Source: Candidatus Aenigmarchaeota archaeon LH_S6 (GTDB lineage Archaea; Aenigmatarchaeota; Aenigmatarchaeia; QMZS01). Taken from it: DNA of 47,820 nucleotides. A model generated the notes under the pieces. The model was not told the DNA's origin. It saw nothing but the letters and a program-made list of their open reading frames with translations, and did no database searches. The stretch covers positions 1-47,820 of the forward strand of contig JAGXOK010000003.1 in assembly GCA_023659935.1 (NCBI GenBank). The letters run 5' to 3'. Each line of letters starts with the position of its first letter. Position 1 is the stretch's first letter. Below are positions 45,910 to 47,820 of the stretch, in pieces. A program made the translations under genes and the position numbers.

Positions 45910-47820
45910 GGTTTTATTAGATTACAGGTTAAACTTGTTGAATTGCAACCATATTCACAGCTCTCTGCTATTTGCCAGGAATTATTTGAACATCTCTCTA
46001 AGTTATTATTTGAACATCTTTTTTCTCCTTCATCACAAACTTTTACTACTTTTTCCTCTCCACCAAGTGCAAAGTAACTGAATCCTGGAGTTTCTGCTTC
46101 ATAGTTTATATAATCACTTGTTTCATTTAGTAGTTTTGTTTTTAACTTCTGCCATTCCTCACCAGCAAACCTGTAAAGATAAATTTTGTTTTTATCTAAA
46201 TTGTTTTTTGTAATCCAAGATTTATTAACTTCAAATTGGATTTTTGCTTTCTCCAGGTTGGTTTCTTCCAAATTTTCCGTGTTAATCTCCAAATATTTGT
46301 AAGTTTTTCCCTCTATTCCTTTTGTAACAGAAGCTGGCTTTCCTTTTAATTTGGTTACTGTTAGTTTAACATTGTTTGCCTGATTTTTTACTTCTATTTC
46401 AATTTGTTTTAATCCAATTTCTTTCTTTGTTATTTTCATTATTTCTGCAACTCCTGGGGTTAGTTTCATCCAAAGAGAGGATTGTCTTGGTGCTGGTGGT
46501 GTGTAAGTTCCTCCTCCTCCACCACTATAAGAATGACATTTATTGTCTGAGCCACAGTAATCAGAACAGTGAGAGTCTTTATAACATTCCCAACCTGAAG
46601 GTTTGCACAATCCAGATAAACAGTTACCTGAAGAACATTCATTGTCTACTGAACAGGAATTGTCATTCGAATATTTTATATTTAGGTATAAAGTTGTTGA
46701 ATTTACTTTGTTTCCAGCATTGTCAGTTGCTTCAACAGTTATTGTATGATTTCCTTCTGATAAAGTTGATAGATTTACTGAAGTTAGGGTGTTGTTATCT
46801 GCTGTTCCTGTTTCGTTTGAATCTCCATCTATATAGAAAGTGTATTCTATTGCAGAATCTAAATTATCTGTTAGATTGAAAGTTATTTCTGGAGTATTAT
46901 CATTTGTCCAGGTATCGTTTTCTGGGGAGGTGATTTCTGAGGTTGGATTTGTTGTATCTAGTAGAATTGTCTTTGTTTCTGTCTGATTTGTATTTCCTGC
47001 TGTATCATTAATATAAGCCTTTATTGTGTAAGTTCCATCTGATAAGGAAGTTTTATTCTCCCAATATATATCTCCATCCTGGTTATCAAAACTTTCATTA
47101 GTTCCATTCCATTCAAATAGAACAGTATCTTTGTTTGTATCTGAGGCTGTTATATTTATGAAAGTCCAGTTTTGGGAGTGATTTCCTGTTTCTGTTGTTG
47201 GGTCTGTGAAGTTTATTGTTGGGTTTGTTGTGTCTATTTCTATTGTCCTTGTTTCTGTTTTATTTGTATGTCCCAGAGTATCATTTACTGTTGCGTTTAA
47301 GTAATAGGTATCATCTGGTAAACCCGTGTAATTAATATAGATTTGTGTGTCTGAGGTTGTGTTTTCTTGGTATAGTCCTGTTGAGTTGTAGAGGGAGAGA
47401 GTTAGGGTATCAAAGTTTGTATCTGATGCAGTTACATTTGCTGAGATCCAGTCTTGGGAGTAATTTCCTGTTTCTGTTGTTGGGTCTGTGAAGTTTATTG
47501 TTGGGTTTATTGTATCTATTTCAATATTAGTTATTGTTGTTGTATTTGAATTTCCTGCTGTATCATAAGCAGTTGCAGTTATGTTATAAACTCCATCTGG
47601 AGCATATAAAGATACTTCCCAATCGGAAGAAGAATTTGTTGTTGAGTTTATGATTGTACCTCCTTGCTTTATTGATATATTTGTATAGTTTAGGTTAAGG
47701 TCTGATGAGGTTCCGTTTATAATGTAATTGTTTACAAGGGAATCTGAAGAAGGATGGGTTATTGATATTGTTGGGTTTGTTGTGTCTATTTCTATTGTCC
47801 TTGTTTCTGTTTTATTTGTA
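45639..47820 (-). CDS. Large Ig-repeat surface glycoprotein with PGF-pre-PGF domain (5' end beyond the right window edge)
   Basis: The frame of the 323-aa track ORF reads open to 47819 (TNKTETRTIEIDTTNPTI... repeats). It contains a GGGGG linker, YKYLEI...IQFEVNKSWI...YEAETPGFSYFAL, Cys repeats, a TM segment and a basic tail. Confidence 0.88.
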   Translation of the reverse strand, partial: TNKTETRTIEIDTTNPTISITHPSSDSLVNNYIINGTSSDLNLNYTNISIKQGGTIINSTTNSSSDWEVSLYAPDGVYNITATAYDTAGNSNTTTITNIEIDTINPTINFTDPTTETGNYSQDWISANVTASDTNFDTLTLSLYNSTGLYQENTTSDTQIYINYTGLPDDTYYLNATVNDTLGHTNKTETRTIEIDTTNPTINFTDPTTETGNHSQNWTFINITASDTNKDTVLFEWNGTNESFDNQDGDIYWENKTSLSDGTYTIKAYINDTAGNTNQTETKTILLDTTNPTSEITSPENDTWTNDNTPEITFNLTDNLDSAIEYTFYIDGDSNETGTADNNTLTSVNLSTLSEGNHTITVEATDNAGNKVNSTTLYLNIKYSNDNSCSVDNECSSGNCLSGLCKPSGWECYKDSHCSDYCGSDNKCHSYSGGGGGTYTPPAPRQSSLWMKLTPGVAEIMKITKKEIGLKQIEIEVKNQANNVKLTVTKLKGKPASVTKGIEGKTYKYLEINTENLEETNLEKAKIQFEVNKSWITKNNLDKNKIYLYRFAGEEWQKLKTKLLNETSDYINYEAETPGFSYFALGGEEKVVKVCDEGEKRCSNNNLERCSNNSWQIAESCEYGCNSTSLTCNLIKPAEIPEKICTEGEKKCSDNNLQECKDNTWTTIDSCEYGCNRTTLSCNPEPEVEKPNYLIPLLALLVIGILAGVLVSLIKGKKRKTRKEKK

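Noticed and set aside
7853..46879. Many other 60-170 aa ORFs overlapping long genes (e.g. 7853, 8549, 14585, 19150, 19958, 23600, 27981, 29055, 33062, 36736, 42705, 45049, 46376)
   Set aside because: They lie opposite or inside well-supported CDSs, with F/L/S-rich antisense composition and no recognisable motifs.
1..47820. rRNA/tRNA genes, provirus or alternative genetic code
   Set aside because: No GC-rich structured RNA island, integrase or capsid gene was recognised. TAA, TAG and TGA each end full-length recognisable genes (ndk, ppsA, MNT).

Overview
Low-GC (about 30% by eye) archaeal chromosomal window with standard-code genes. The gene content (KaiC/RAD55 paralogues, class III signal-peptide proteins, an archaeosortase, giant N-x-S/T-rich surface proteins, little metabolism) suggests a DPANN archaeon, possibly Aenigmatarchaeota; this is inference. 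Cell-surface machinery dominates: three giant secreted proteins (two run off the window ends and are missed or truncated by the ORF track), a pair of TadB/TadC-type pilus platform proteins, an archaeosortase, and about 14 type IV pilin-like proteins in three clusters, two of which also encode a vWA-domain protein. Housekeeping genes are ppsA, ndk and an Hsp20. The most striking locus is 33.8-39.6 kb. There, six KaiC-family proteins (three with intact motifs, three degenerate) surround or form part of a minus-strand operon encoding a dead-KaiC/MglA-like GTPase fusion, a Roadblock/LC7 (MglB-like) protein, a V4R/MetOD-like Cys domain and a full-length formaldehyde-activating enzyme (Fae), directly beside a pilin cluster. 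This is a candidate C1/formaldehyde- or host-cofactor-sensing switch for pili. Mobile DNA comprises a RuvC-I-less tnpB with a duplicated right end/omega-RNA region, a decayed IS5-like transposase, an IS5-type MITE, and a higher-GC TasA/SipW-signal gene in a cassette bounded by 70-bp direct repeats. Most native starts read ATTATG with no Shine-Dalgarno. No rRNA, tRNA or CRISPR array was recognised. All protein calls come from motif recognition by eye; no searches were run.
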